From the human T2T-CHM13v2.0 reference genome, Homo sapiens: 64,000 nucleotides of DNA. The position numbers and the translations under genes are program-made. The notes under the pieces are model-generated. The model saw only the letters and a list, made by a program, of their open reading frames with translations. It searched no databases and was not told the origin of the DNA. Shown here one piece after another: positions 17,549-34,370 of the stretch; position 1 is the first letter of the stretch, and the number at the start of each line of letters is the position of its first letter. The stretch lies in NCBI RefSeq assembly GCF_009914755.1, contig NC_060925.1. One strand, written 5' to 3'.

Positions 17549-18201
17549 TATAAATCAAAAATAAAATGCTGATCCCCTCTGAACATCTGTATGGACCCTT
17601 TCTCTTGGCCTAGAGCATTCCAAATTTAGCCTGAAAATCTAGCTCAGGCCATGATGGAAAGGCGGAGTTGGACATGCCTCATTATGCCCACCTCCCTTTT
17701 GGAATTCAGGCCCAGCTGACTGGCATTATCATCAACACAGACCTTAAGACTGATAAAACAGACTCTTTAAGTCTGATAAGAAACGTTTACAATCTATTCT
17801 CTGAAGCCTGCAACCTGGAGTGTTCACCTGCATGTTAGAACCTTGTTCTCTACAACCCCTTATCTTAACCTAGACATTCCTTTCTACTGATTTTAAGTCT
17901 TTAGACAATAACTTAACTCTCAGCCAATTGCCAGTCAGAAAATCACTGAATCTACCCATGACCTGGAAGCCCCCACTTCCAGTTGTCCCACCTTTTTGGA
18001 CCAAACCAATGTACATCTTACATGCAATGATTGATGTCTTATGTCTCCCTAACATGTATAAAACCAAGTTGTGGCCTGATTACCTTAGGCACATGTTCTC
18101 AGGATTTCCTGAGAGCTGTGTTGTGGGCCATTGGTCACTCATATTTGGCTCAGACTAAATCTATTCAAATATTTCGCAGAGTTTTACCCTTTTTATCAAC
18201 A
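17549..18201 (+). mobile_element. MER4-family (MER4B/D/E-like) ERV1 solo LTR
   Basis: Starts tataaatcaaaaataaaat and ends ccttttatcaaca. 4-bp TSD ctct at 17545-17548 and 18202-18205. Confidence 0.88.
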
Positions 18202-18532
18202 CTCTTTTTCATGTAATCCTTTCTGTATAGGAGTCACTATATGTAGGACACACTTAAGGAGTGGGGAGCTATATTTCACCTTTCTGAGACTGGAGTATCC
18301 ACCTATTCACAATTATGCTGAGTAGATGTGTTTATTCTTCCCTCATTTATTAATGTATTAATTCAATCATTTATTTACATCAGTATGGAATCTTTGTTTT
18401 TCTTTTAATGTATGTTATATAATCTGTACAATATTATATTATTTATTTTCTTGCTCAAATTGTTCCAACACTGGCCACTGGGAGATCATTTGGTTGAGCC
18501 CTATGTCACTTTAACATCCGCCCATCACATAT

Positions 18533-19045
18533 CATGGGGTTCAGGACACATTACCCCAAAATATGACCTTGGCATTTGAGAAACAAGCAGAAGTAGGAGG
18601 ATCACTCTCATCTTCCCGTCTTTCTTCTCTTCTGAAGCAGATCATAAAAGCTTCATCCAGAGGTATCTCCTTAAGCCTGGTCCTGAGGTTGAGGTCCTGA
18701 GGTTCTGGTCCTGAGGTCCAGAAACATCCTGTCCTTGAAGACACAGAGACACTAAGAAGAATCTGAACTTAGGCCTTGCTAAATTCACTCCAATTTATTA
18801 CCATAAGATCATCCTGCCCCCTTGTTTAATTATACTTCTGCACAAGTTTCCACTCTTTAAACCTAAGCATAAAAATATACAAATTTCCCTGTTTCTTTGG
18901 GTCTTCATTTCTGAAGGGTCCTTCTCTAGTCATGTACAAAAAGTTAACTTACGTGCTTTTCTCTTGTTAATCTGTCTTTTGTTATAGGCGCCCCAGCATA
19001 AACCTTACAACAGGTGAGGAGAAGATATTACTTTTCCTTCCCTAT
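18533..19045 (+). mobile_element. MER39/MER34-family solo LTR
   Basis: ggggttcaggacacattaccccaaaatatg...aagaagaatctgaac...ggccttgctaa...tcttgttaatctgtcttttgttatagg. Confidence 0.82.
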
Positions 19046-19941
19046 GTGTGTGTGTGTGTGTGTATGTGTGTGTGTGTATGTGTGACTTCTTTACTGCTCC
19101 AGGCTCATCTTGTATATTTTCTGCCCCAGTCCTAGAATCAGCATTTCTTCAAGGAGCCCTACCTAAAAGGTAAATACTTTTATTGGAGAATGGTATTAAA
19201 ACCAAGATAAAGGCACTGGGTGTGCTCACTGCTACTGAGGTATAATTGCTTCTATGCCATTCCCTTTAACCCCTGGGAAACCAAGAGGGAGATTGAGATT
19301 AATCTCAGCAGTTGTAGGAGAAATGGAAGAATAACATGCCACTGGACAGTGGAGTGAATGGGAAGTGAGAAATTCACAGTAACAAGTAGAAAATGGGACA
19401 GAAGAAGTGAGAGCTTGAGATCAAGCCTGGGTGGTCACAAAGTGATCCTGGGCATGTTTGTATCTGAAGCAAAAATTAAGTGACAATGGAGAAATTCAAG
19501 ACACAGGACAGGGCAGACAAGTAAGAAAGCTAGATTATTTTATCTGGAAAACATAAGCAAAGTGGAATTATGTTGTTACGGTTTTCATTAATATTCTTTA
19601 GGGAAACATGACAAATTAAAAATGTCAAGCAATTATGCATAAGCTATCTGATAATTGTCTCTACTTTCCTTTTATTGGTAAGAAACTTCAGGAGATTTTC
19701 AAGTATGTGTAGGGATGATATTTATATGGTACTTTTTTTTATACTTTAAGTTCTAGAGTACATGGGCACAATGTGCAGGTTTGTTACATATGCATACATG
19801 TGCCGTGTTGGTTTGCTGCACCCATTAACTCATCATTTACATTAGGTATTTCTCCTAATGCTATCCCACCCCCATCCCCCCACCCCACAACAAGCCCTGG
19901 TGTGTGATGTTCCCTGCCCTGGGTCCAGGTGTTCTCATTGT

Positions 19942-23732
<3,791 letters not shown>

Positions 23733-23795
23733 TATGATGTTAGCTGGTTATTTCACAAGTTAGTTGATACAGCTTCTTCCTGGCATCGGTGGTCT

Positions 23796-24818
23796 TTATA
23801 ATTTGGCATGGTTTTGCAGTGGCTGGTACCAGTTGTTCCTTTCCATCTTTAGTGCTTCCCTCAGGAGCTCTTGTAAGGCAGGCTTGGTGGTGACAAAATC
23901 ACCGAGCATTGCTTGTCTGTAAAGGATTTTATTTCTCCTTCACTTATGAAGCTGAGTTTGGCTGGATATGAAACTCTGGGTTGAAATTTCTTTTCATTAA
24001 GAATGTTGAATATTGGCCCCCACTCTCTTCCGGCTTGTAGGGTTTCTGCTGAGAGATCTGCTGTTAGTCTGAGGGGCTTCCCTTTGTGGGTAACCCAACC
24101 TTTCCCTCTGGCTGCCTTAGCATTTTTTCCTTCATTTCAACCTTGGTGAATCTGACAATTATGTGTCTTGGAGTTGCTCTTCTCGAGGAGTATCTTTGTG
24201 TTGTTCTCTGTATTTCCTGATTTGAATGTTGGCCTGCCTTACTAGGTTGGGGAAGTTCTCCTGGATAATATCCTGAAGAGTGTTTTCCAACTTGGTTCCA
24301 TTCTCCCCATCACTTTCAGGTACACCAATCAAACATTGATTTGGTCTTTTCACATAGTCCCATATTTCTTGGAGGCTTTGTTCATTTCTTTCTACTCTTT
24401 TTTCTCTGAAGTTCTTTTCTCATTTCATTTCATTAATTTGATCTTCAGTCACTGACACCCTTTCTTCCACCTGATCAAATCAGCTACTGAAGCTTGTGCA
24501 TGCGTCACATAGTTCTCGTGCCATGGTTTTCAGCTCCAGCAGGTCATTTAAGGTCTTCTCTACACTGTTTATTCTGGTTAGCCATTCATCTAATCTTTTT
24601 TCAAGGTTTTTAGCTTCCTTGTGATGGGTTCGAACATCCTCCTTTAGCTCGGAGAAGTTTGTTATTAACGACTTTCTGATGCCTACTTCTGTCAACTCGT
24701 CAAAGTCATTCTCTGTCCTGCTTTGTTCCATTGCTGGCAAGGAGCTGTGATCCTTTGGAGGAGAAGGGGCGCTCTGGTTTTTAGAATTTTCAGATTTTCT
24801 GCTCTGATTTTTCCCCAT
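23796..24818 (-). pseudogene. L1 ORF1 (disrupted)
   Basis: Starts MGKNQSRKSENSKNQS with a premature stop at 24480. A later fragment (MKRPNQCLIGVPESDGENGTKLENTLQDIIQENFPNL) is frameshifted. Confidence 0.9.
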
Positions 24819-26054
24819 CTTTGTGGTTTTATCTACCTTTGGTCTTTGATGATTGTGACCTACAGATGGGGTTTTGGTGTGAATGTCCTTTTTGTTGATG
24901 TTGATGCTATTCCTTTCTGTTTGTTAGTTTTCCTTCTAACAGTCAGATCCCTTAGCTGCAGGTCTGTTGGAGTTTGCTGGAGGTCCACTCCAGACCCTGT
25001 TTGCCTGAATATCACCAGTGGAGGCTGCAGAACACCAAATATTGCTGCCTGATCCTTCCTCTGGAAGCTTCGTCTCAGGGGGGCACCCAGCTGTATGAGG
25101 TGTCAGTCGGCCCCTACTGGGAGGTGTCTCCAAGTTAGGCTACACAGGGGTCAGGCACCCACTTGAGGAGGCAGTCTGTCCGTTCTCAGAGCTCAAACAC
25201 CATGCTGGGAGAACCACTGCTTTCTTCAGAGCTGTCAGACAGGGACGTTTAAGTCTGCAGAAGTTTCTGCTGCCTTTTTTTCAGCTATGCCCTGCCCCCA
25301 GAGGTGGTCTACAGAGGCAGGCGGGCCTCTTTGAGCTGCAGTGGGTTCCACCCAGTTCGAGCTTCCAGACCACTTTGTTTACCTACTCAAGCCTCAGCAA
25401 TGGCGGACACCCCTCCCCCAGCCAGGCTTGCTGCCTTGCAGTTCCATCTCGGACTAGCAGTAAGCAAGGCTCCGTAGATGTGGGACCCGCTGAGCAAGGC
25501 ATGGGATATAATCTCCTGGAGTGCCATTTGCTAAGACCGCTGGAAAAGCACAGTGTTTAGGTGGCAGTGTCCTGATTTTCCCGGTACAGTCTGTTATGGC
25601 TTCCGTTGGCTAGGAAAGGGAAATCCCCTGACCCCTTGCACTTCCCAGGTGAGGCGATGCCCAGCCCTGCTTCAGCTCGCTCTCTGTGAGCTGCACCCAC
25701 TTTCCGACCAGTCTCAATGAGATGAACCAGGTACCTCAGTTGGAAATCCGGAAATCACCCGTCTTCTGCATGGATCACGCTGGGAGTTGCAGACTGGAGC
25801 TGTTCCTATTCGGCCATCTTGGAACAGAACCCAGTATGGTACATTTTAGCCTCTCAAAGTACTATCACTTTGTTTCTCATTTTACTCTCAGAACCATCCT
25901 GTGAGATAAAATAAATCTTATTTACTTTCAGTTTACAAATAAGGAAATTTAGGGACAGAATGTAAGCAGCTAGCACAAGCCCATTCTTTTTGCAGTGGAA
26001 ATAAAGCGAAAAGCTAGGTTTCTCTATTCTAGCTATTTTTTTCACTGCCTACTC

Positions 26055-26285
26055 CAGGGTTTCTCAACCTTGGTACTACTGACATTTTAGGCCAGATCAT
26101 TCTTTGTTGTGGGAGTTGTCCTGCAGCTGTACCGTACATTGTAGGATGTTTAGCAGCATCGCTGGACTCTACCCACTGAATGCCAGGAGCAAACTTCCCC
26201 TCCCCGAGTTGTGACAGCAAAAATGTCTCAAGACATTGCCAAATGTCCCCTGGGGAACAAACTTGCTCTCTTTAGAGAACTACTA
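26055..26285 (+). mobile_element. MER20 (hAT-Charlie)
   Basis: cagggtttctcaaccttggtactactgacatttt...aaaatgtctcaagacattgccaaatgtcccctgggg. Confidence 0.9.
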
Positions 26286-26413
26286 GCTTTAGTACATAAT
26301 CCACTTTTAAGCAATGAAGGCAGAGATGCCTTGCCTCCAAACTTCAGTAATGTGGATATCAAATATCTAAAAATTTTTAATCTACATTTTAAAATAATGT
26401 ATTAGAAATATGT

Positions 26414-26769
26414 TGATATGAGTTCTCTTTGTGTCCCCTACCCAAATCTCACCTTGAATTGTAATGCCCAGGAGTTGAGGGAGGGTCTTGGTGGGAGGTG
26501 ATTGGATCATGAGGAGTTTTCCCCATGCCATTGTCATGATAATGAGAGAGTTTTCAGGAGATCTGATGGCTTAAAAATGGCAGTTTCCACTGCTCTCTTC
26601 TGCTCCCATGGAAGACATGCCTTGCTTCCCCTTTGCCTTACACCACAATTGCAAGCCCCCTGCAGCCTCCCCAGCCATATGGAACTGTGAGTCAATTAAA
26701 CCTATTTTCTTTATTAATTACCCAGTCTTGGGTAGCATCTTTATAGCAGTGTGAAAATGGACTAATACA
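26414..26769 (+). mobile_element. MSTA-like MaLR solo LTR
   Basis: tgatatg...ggactaataca. 5-bp TSD tatgt at 26409-26413 and 26770-26774. Confidence 0.9.
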
Positions 26770-27637
26770 TATGTTATAGTTTATTATATCATTCACTAAA
26801 TTGCAAATGTATTTGTTTAAGAAATAGGGCACCATTTACAACAGTAATTTAAAGTAGAAATCACAAAAGTGCTGATATTATGATTATAAATTAGTATAGA
26901 ATAAGGTTCAGTCAGATTACAGGATATAGATATTAGGATTTCAGTCAAGATCAAATCAATTGAAAGGGAAGGCACTGTTCTCTGTGGTCATTTTAATTAT
27001 ATTTTTGAATTAATTACATAAACAGTACTGTAGAATTACTTGTTAAGCATTTGACATAGATAAAGAAATGACTGAAGTATTTTTTTAAATGACAGCAAAT
27101 TTGCACATTCCAGATTTCACTTTTCCACATTCGCTTTTAATCTTACACATTTACATTTATGATTTTTACATAACAGTAATTGTAGGGTATAATTTATATC
27201 TTTTTAAACATAAAATTATATCATAAACATTTTTCCTGTTGCTACAGAATGTGCATAATTATCATTTAATGCCTACATAATATTCTATGTAATTGGTAAA
27301 CCATAATTCATTTAACAGTTCTCCTATTGCTATGTATTTAGGTTTTTGCTATCACAAATAATACTGCTACAATCATCTTTGTGATTATTAAATTATATTA
27401 CTTTTGGAGACAGATTCACAGGAATGAAATTACTGAGTCAAGGTTATTCGCATTTTAGTGGCTCATGAAATGTAATGCCAAAGTGCTTTCCAAAGGGATT
27501 TACACTGCCAGCAGAAATATATATTTGCATCAGAAATATTACATTCTTGCCAGAATTAGGCATTTTAATCTTTTCTGTGTGTTATAACTGAATTGTTACA
27601 AAATTTATTTTGAGTCTTTCATTTTTGATGCTGGAAT

Positions 27638-27667
27638 ACACACACACACACACGCACACACACACAC
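27638..27667. repeat. (CA)n microsatellite
   Basis: Read directly from the sequence. Confidence 0.95.
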
Positions 27668-28732
27668 CAAAATTTAAAAATAATTGCCATGAGTTTATAT
27701 CAGGATATACACAGTATAAACAATTCTCTGACAACATCTGGATTAACCTGGATGTAAGAGAATTTAGCTTACTATTGCTTCTGTTATCCTTCCAGTGTTC
27801 CTGGGAATTTGGTGAATTAGAAATAAAAAGCAATAATGAAAAAAAAAGAGTTGAAAAGCAGCATTGTTATTTTTCAAAATATATGTTGTTAAAGTGAACA
27901 GTGTTAGAGTTTCAATTGATGGTGGCCCAGCTGTTACGTCTATATGTCTTCAGTATTTCAAGATTAGTACTAAGTACTCAGAATAAATATAAAGGCATCT
28001 GAAAATGTATGGATCTGATCCCAGATACTGTCACCATATGTCTTATGAAATTCCCATTTAAAAATACAAAGTCTATATCATTTGACTTATCTAGTATAAT
28101 ATACAAGTTGTTCTCCTATAACACAAAACAATGAATCATAAATAAAGCAAGCTAGCTAAGATTGCATGAAATTTTTATAGCATTGAAGCTTCACATTCAA
28201 TCACTGCAATTTAGGATCCCAGAGGTTTAAATTTCATTTGTAATAAAACTGTTTTAACATCAAACCATATGCTAGAATCATTCTCTAAGAGAGCAAATAT
28301 TATTATCTGAGATCTGTTTGGGCACTTGAAGACTATTCTTTATCATGACATCTATGAACCTCAAGTTTCACTTTTTTACTTTTAGTAGTGAGAAAAAAAT
28401 ATTCGACTTAAAGATATACTTATCCACGATCATAGATATACTTATCCATAATCATAGTACCACTTTTGATGATCAGATGACTTTAATTTGAGCCATAAAT
28501 AAAGGGCCATCTGAAATCAGAAGTACAGCAAATAAGTCAGAATAGCAGCAATGAAAACATCCATCACAAATCCCAGACATTTTATTTTATATGACAGAAG
28601 TAGAGTCCATTTCTGCCTAATTGACTTAATTTTACATACAATCACACCATGGTTATCTGTGTTACATTGGCATCCTTTAATTCTTCTGCAGGGCATAACT
28701 ATAAGAGATGAAATTTCAAGACAGTGGATAGC

Positions 28733-29098
28733 TGTTATGGATTGAATTGTGTTTCACCCCCCAAATTCGTATGTTGAAGTCCCAATCCCTAATGTAACTT
28801 TGTTTGGAAATTGGGCCTTTAGGGAGGCAATTAAGGTTCAATCAGGTCATAAGGATGGAGCCCAAATCCTATATAACTGGTGTCTTTATAAAAAGAGACA
28901 CCATAGATCTCTCTCTCCATGTGTGTATGGAGAAGGCAGTCGTCTGCAACCCATGGAGAGAGCTCTCACAAGACACCAATCCTGCTGGCACCTTGATCTT
29001 GGACTTCCAATCTTCAGAACTGTGAGAAAATAAATTTCTGTTGTTTAAGTCACTCAGCCTGTGATATTCTTTTATAGCAGCCTGAGTTGACAAATACA
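28733..29098 (+). mobile_element. MLT1A0-like solo LTR
   Basis: tgttatggattgaattg...gacaaataca. TSD atagc at 28728-28732 and 29099-29103. Confidence 0.9.
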
Positions 29099-29415
29099 AT
29101 AGCAGACTGGAAGTAGGTGAGCAAGTTTCTAAGATAGTTTTCAAGACAAGAAATAATGAGAATTAACAGCAGAGGGCAGATAAAGCCATAAAAAAAGGTG
29201 AACAGAAAAAAAATAAACAATCATAGTTTCTGAGATGCTTTAGATCAAAGGACTCAACTCCCCTATATAGCTCTTTATAACTTTCAAGAACTTCATTAGA
29301 GTACCAACAAATGATTCATGTTCAAAAGGTGTGGTGGGTTAAATTATGTGTGTATGTGTACCAAGCCAGAATGTGAGCAATATAATTTTAAAAGATGGTT
29401 AAAATATTAAATACA

Positions 29416-29738
<323 letters not shown>

Positions 29739-30522
29739 TCACTTTTCCTCATCCTTCTTTCTCTGAATAGCTGAAGTGATACACTAATACAAATACTTTT
29801 CTATCCACTGATCAGAACAGTATTTTTAAATATGGCCATAGGAAAATAAGTGACCAAGAGAAATAAATCTAATAATTAACAGTTAGGAGGCTACAAAGTT
29901 CTTTGCTGTGTATTAATATGAAGTAGGGACAATATTTATTTTAAAAAGAAGGCATATATATATGGGATTTTATTCATATATATGGGGTTTTATATATGTG
30001 TATATAGGTGTGTATATATATATGTATTAAAAATAGGTGTATATCTGTATGTATTAAAACATATACGTATCAAACACATATATATACATACACAGCCCCA
30101 TATATATGTATAGACAGGACTGCCTGTTTATATTTACATATAGGGATATATATGTGGGTGTGTGGGTTTGTATATATATTCCTATATATAAATATAGACA
30201 GGCAGTCATATACACACACACATCTATGTATCCCTATATATAAATATAGACAGGCAGTCCTTACTTTGTACAGCAGTGTGAGACCAGAAAAAGACCATGC
30301 AAGCTGAAACCATGCAAAGTGTCTTAATAAGCAATGGAAAAAAATTATAATTAATGTTACCTTTAAACATTTTGTTAAAGTATTTAAAACTCTCTTACTG
30401 ACAGCTTTAAATACAGAGAAAAATAAAAAATAGCTGATATTTATTCCATACTCTGTTATCTAAAACCGAAATGTTGAGAATTAAATGTCTTATTTCTTTG
30501 TAAAAATTTTATCGAGTAGTTT

Positions 30523-31258
30523 TGTTACAGACCGAATGTTTGTGTTTCCCATAAATTCGAATGTTGATGCTCTAATCTCCAATGTGATGGTATTTGGAGG
30601 TGGGGCCTTTGGGAGGAAATTAGGTTTAGATTAGGTCCTGAGTGTGGGGCCTTCATGATGGGATTAGTATCTTTACAAAAGGAAGAAGAAACCAGAGCTC
30701 ACTCTCTCTCACCATGTGAGACAGGTAGAAGGCACAGGGAGAAGGCATCTCTCTGCAAGCCAGCAAGAGAGCCCTCCCCAGAACCTGACCATTGTAGCTG
30801 GCACTCTGATTTTAGATTTCCTAGCCTCCAGAACTGTGAGAAATAAATGTCTGTTATAGTCAAGTGCCACATACTGATGATGTTTCAATCAGTGAGAGAC
30901 GACACCTATAACGCTGGTCCCATAAGATTATAATACCATATTTTTACCATAACTTTTCTATGTTTAGATACATTAGATGCACAAATACTTACCATTGTGT
31001 TACAACTGCCTGGAGTATCACCAGTCCAGTAACATACTGTACAGGTTTGAAGCCTAGGAGCAATAGGTTATATATCTTATAGTCTAGGTATACAGTAGGC
31101 TCTAGCATCTAGATTTGTGTCAGTACACTCCATGATGTTCACATGGCAAAATAGCCTAATGATGTGTTTCTCAGTACGTCCCTGTCCTTAAGTGATGCAT
31201 GACTGTATTTTAGCCACTCAGTCTATGGTAGTTTGTCACTACATCCCAAGCTAAGACA
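30523..31258 (+). mobile_element. MLT1A solo LTR inserted in Tigger6
   Basis: tgttacagaccgaatg...ctaagaca. TSD agttt at 30518-30522 and 31259-31263. Confidence 0.88.
30857..31205 (+). mobile_element. Tigger3a (MER7A) inserted in MLT1A
   Basis: ggtcccataagattataatacc...ttaagtgatgcatgactg. TA TSD at 30855-30856 and 31206-31207. Confidence 0.9.
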
Positions 31259-32498
31259 AGTTTGAACAGCGTTTACCATCACCTTCTTGTCATGTAACTT
31301 AGGATATGGGGCAAGCATCTTCTCTGTGTCTACGCTAATTGCCATATCCTTTTCTACATTTGGATCCATTACTAATTAATTTTTTATCCTTTGTATTTTC
31401 AGTGTTGTGAAATATCTCCAAGAATTCCTTTAATGTGAATTTTTTTGAATCAGAATTATTTCCTCTACAATATCTTCATCTTCATCACAAACTTTTCTCC
31501 CATTTATATCAATAAGCTCACTTTCACTGTTTCTCTGGATGCATTTCTAGAGTCTCTCAGATGGTGGTGGTAGTTTCAGCATTTCCAAGGTTGGCTATGC
31601 TATGTCTTTTATAAGTGTATTTATGTTCAATATTCAAATTTCACTTTCAGTATTGCCACCTTTTTGTCTTTGCTGTAGTTCCATTTTTGTTGACCAGATC
31701 CTGGTTAAATTATGCATTCTTCTGTAAGATGTCATGTGGATTTATTACAGAGAGACAAGGAGTCAACACATACATGCTTTGCTGTCTGTGCATGAACAGA
31801 ATAGCAAATATTCAGTGACAGATCACTGGAAGACTTTGAAGGAAGTGAGATGACTGGTCACTAATCATATGTGCATGTGTTATTTTTATAGTGATTTTTG
31901 GACTGAAGAACTGGCAGCAAAGTTTGTACATTTAATCGTTACTCTCAGTTATTATACTGTAACTAAAATTTGAATGCTGTTTTGGGGGGAGTAGTGTTAT
32001 CTAAGTCATAGTAACTGAAATTTCTAAAAATCAGAATTATACAAAGCAAGCACATGCATACATATACACACACACATCACACATACATATATAGAATCAA
32101 TGTGTCGTAACCTGATCTTATATTTTAGTTACTTTCCTATTCTTTCCACCTAGGTGGTTTTTCTCCTTTATTTTATTTCTGCTTGTAAAATTATGTTCTC
32201 TTCCTTCATTATTGCCTATTGGAGAAGACCTAGGAAATTTGCTGTAAACAAAACTTCAGCAAGCTCCCTGTTGCTGTCAGGTGCTGGGCAGACAGTTCTC
32301 TAGACAGCCATCACAAAGGCATTTTGGAATGTACTCAGTGACTGGTGGCATGGCCATTCTTTTTCAGTTACAACAAACTTGCTTTCTATTGTCATTTGTG
32401 GGTTTCTCATGTTTATCAGAATAAATCGGTACTTGACAAGTTAGGAACTCAACTCTGGGGAGTACTGCTTGAACAAGTTTAGCAGCAGTAAAAGTTTA

Positions 32499-32975
32499 TG
32501 ATATATTGAATGCAAAAATGGCCCTTGTTCTCCACCCATCTCTGTGTTCGCCTCTTTGTAATGTGACTTTGTAGCTCCTCCCTCACTTCTTGAATCTGGC
32601 TGGCCTTGGGACTTGCCTTGGCCAATTGACTGAGATGGCCAAGTGACAATGTATTACTGCCTTACATGCCTCTACTCTCTCAGCCCATTCTGCCAAAGAG
32701 CCTACCTAGCCTGATGGAGTTTGAGAGACCACATAGAGAAAAATTAAGTTGTCCCAAGAGAAGCCATCCTAGACCAGCATACAGCCAGATGACTCTCATA
32801 TATGAGACAGCTCAGTGAAGATCAGCCAGAGACTCCCAACGCGATCACGGCTGCATGAAAATTTCAGCTCAGACCAGAAAAGGGACTCGGCTGAACCACA
32901 GACTTGTGAAGGATAGTAAATGTTTATTATATAGAATTTTAGGGTTTTAAAAATTACCAATAGTTGAATAATACA
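32499..32975 (+). mobile_element. MLT1H/G-like old MaLR LTR
   Basis: caaaaatggccc...aatgtgactttgtagctcct...cttgaatctggctggccttg...gccatcctagaccagc. Confidence 0.65.
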
Positions 32976-34364
32976 ATACTGTTTATGGGGGCACTGCTTT
33001 TTGTTTTCTTAAATTAACCTAGCTGCTGTTGTAATCTATAAAAATGCCCTTTCTTTAGTCCTCAGCAGCAGATTAACTCCAAGCCAGTTCTCCTACTTGA
33101 ACTTAAAACAGATCTTTTACAGCTCCATCATCAGAGCTGCTGAAGCATACAATCTGGAAGGGCAGAGGCCAGATCTTTCTATGCACTGTTTAGTCAGCAC
33201 ATTGCAAATTATCTGCTTCACAAGATCATTCAATAAATATGCCAAATGAATGAAGGCTGAAAGTGCTTCTTGACAAGGAGCAATACATCTAGGGATACTT
33301 GATTAATGCTCAAAACATCTCACCATTTTGAAAAGGTTTTCCTTATAACAAAATTCAATTAAAATTTCATTTTTGCTCCTCCTGAGAAGAAAAAATAATT
33401 GTGTCTACAAGCAGTAGAGTTCCCATGCAAAAATGAGAACATATTTATAAATGAAATAATATGAAGATAATCATGCCAGAGGATGGCACCTGTCCATATC
33501 ACTCATCTAAAGAATGAGGCCTTTGAGACATGGCTTTGAGTTTTCATGTGAATGCTAAAGGCGGTTGTATCCACTCATCTATATTTTCTTATCTGAAGCT
33601 CCTTTGTGAGCAAGGCCACAGATTTGAAAGATAGCAATCTGAGTTTAGAATTTAGATGCTATGATCCATTCATGGCTCATAAGACTTGGGGTAAAGAGAC
33701 CAGACTTATTTTATTCAGTGTTGGCCATGTCCTGAGGCTCTATTAGGCTAAGATCAGACTATAATCTAAGGTGGACAGGAAAGAGGAATTTGAATACTCT
33801 CGTTTTTCTTAAAAGAGATTCATTCACTTAAAGTCTGGAGGAAGTTCCCTTAATTGATATTCTAAAAGAACTGTAATTTGGAAAATTCATTAGAAAGCCC
33901 ATGCCTGGCAAATTTTGAGATCAATATTTTCAAAGCATAAATAGAACCATTTGGTATATTTCCAGTGCAACTTGTTAGAGCATGCAATCAAAATGTAATA
34001 AATAGTGCCTTAGAAGGCAGGAATATGCTAATTTACATCCAATCTTAAATGCTTTGCTCAACATAGAAGTCAGCCTATATAGTGGATCATATACCTGCTC
34101 AGTATCTCAAATAGTTTCTAGGGAGTTGAGATTTGGAAATAAGGATGTTAGTAAGATCCCAGGATGGTCCACGAGATGCAGAGGGTAATTGAGCCGTCCA
34201 AGGAACTGGTCTAATCTGATCCATTGTGATCCATTTCCAAACATTCTTCAGTCACTCTGAGAATTCTTTCATGCACATTAATAAGCATTCCTTATTCCTC
34301 TACCCCCTATCAAGACCAATATATTACAAAGTCAAAATTCAGTTTTCAATTGAATTTTTAAATT

Positions 34365-34370
34365 TTTATT
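34365..34370 (-). terminator. Distal polyadenylation signal AATAAA of PLPPR5
   Basis: TTTATT on plus equals AATAAA on minus, with U/GU-rich sequence downstream on minus (aattttgactttgt). Confidence 0.7.

Larger units (their letters stand above)
16975..19260 (-). mobile_element. L1MC3/4-like 3' UTR fragments hosting two LTRs
   Basis: attaaagtccatactt...ccaggatcctatctaggatacc, and later tgctccaggctcatcttgtatattttctgccccag. Confidence 0.7.
30251..32058. mobile_element. Tigger6-like DNA transposon (host of nested insertions)
   Basis: Starts caggcagtccttactttg...gaccatgcaagctgaaaccatgcaaag. Degenerate right end tcagaattatacaaagcaag. Confidence 0.75.

Noticed and set aside
25400-25477. L1 ORF0 (antisense ORF)
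   Set aside because: The ATG is present (MADTPPPA), but the frame shifts and stops after 25 codons.
29950-30307. ORFs over TA-rich or CT-rich low-complexity tracts (also 50250-50651 and 53232-53507)
   Set aside because: They are open only because simple repeats lack stop codons.
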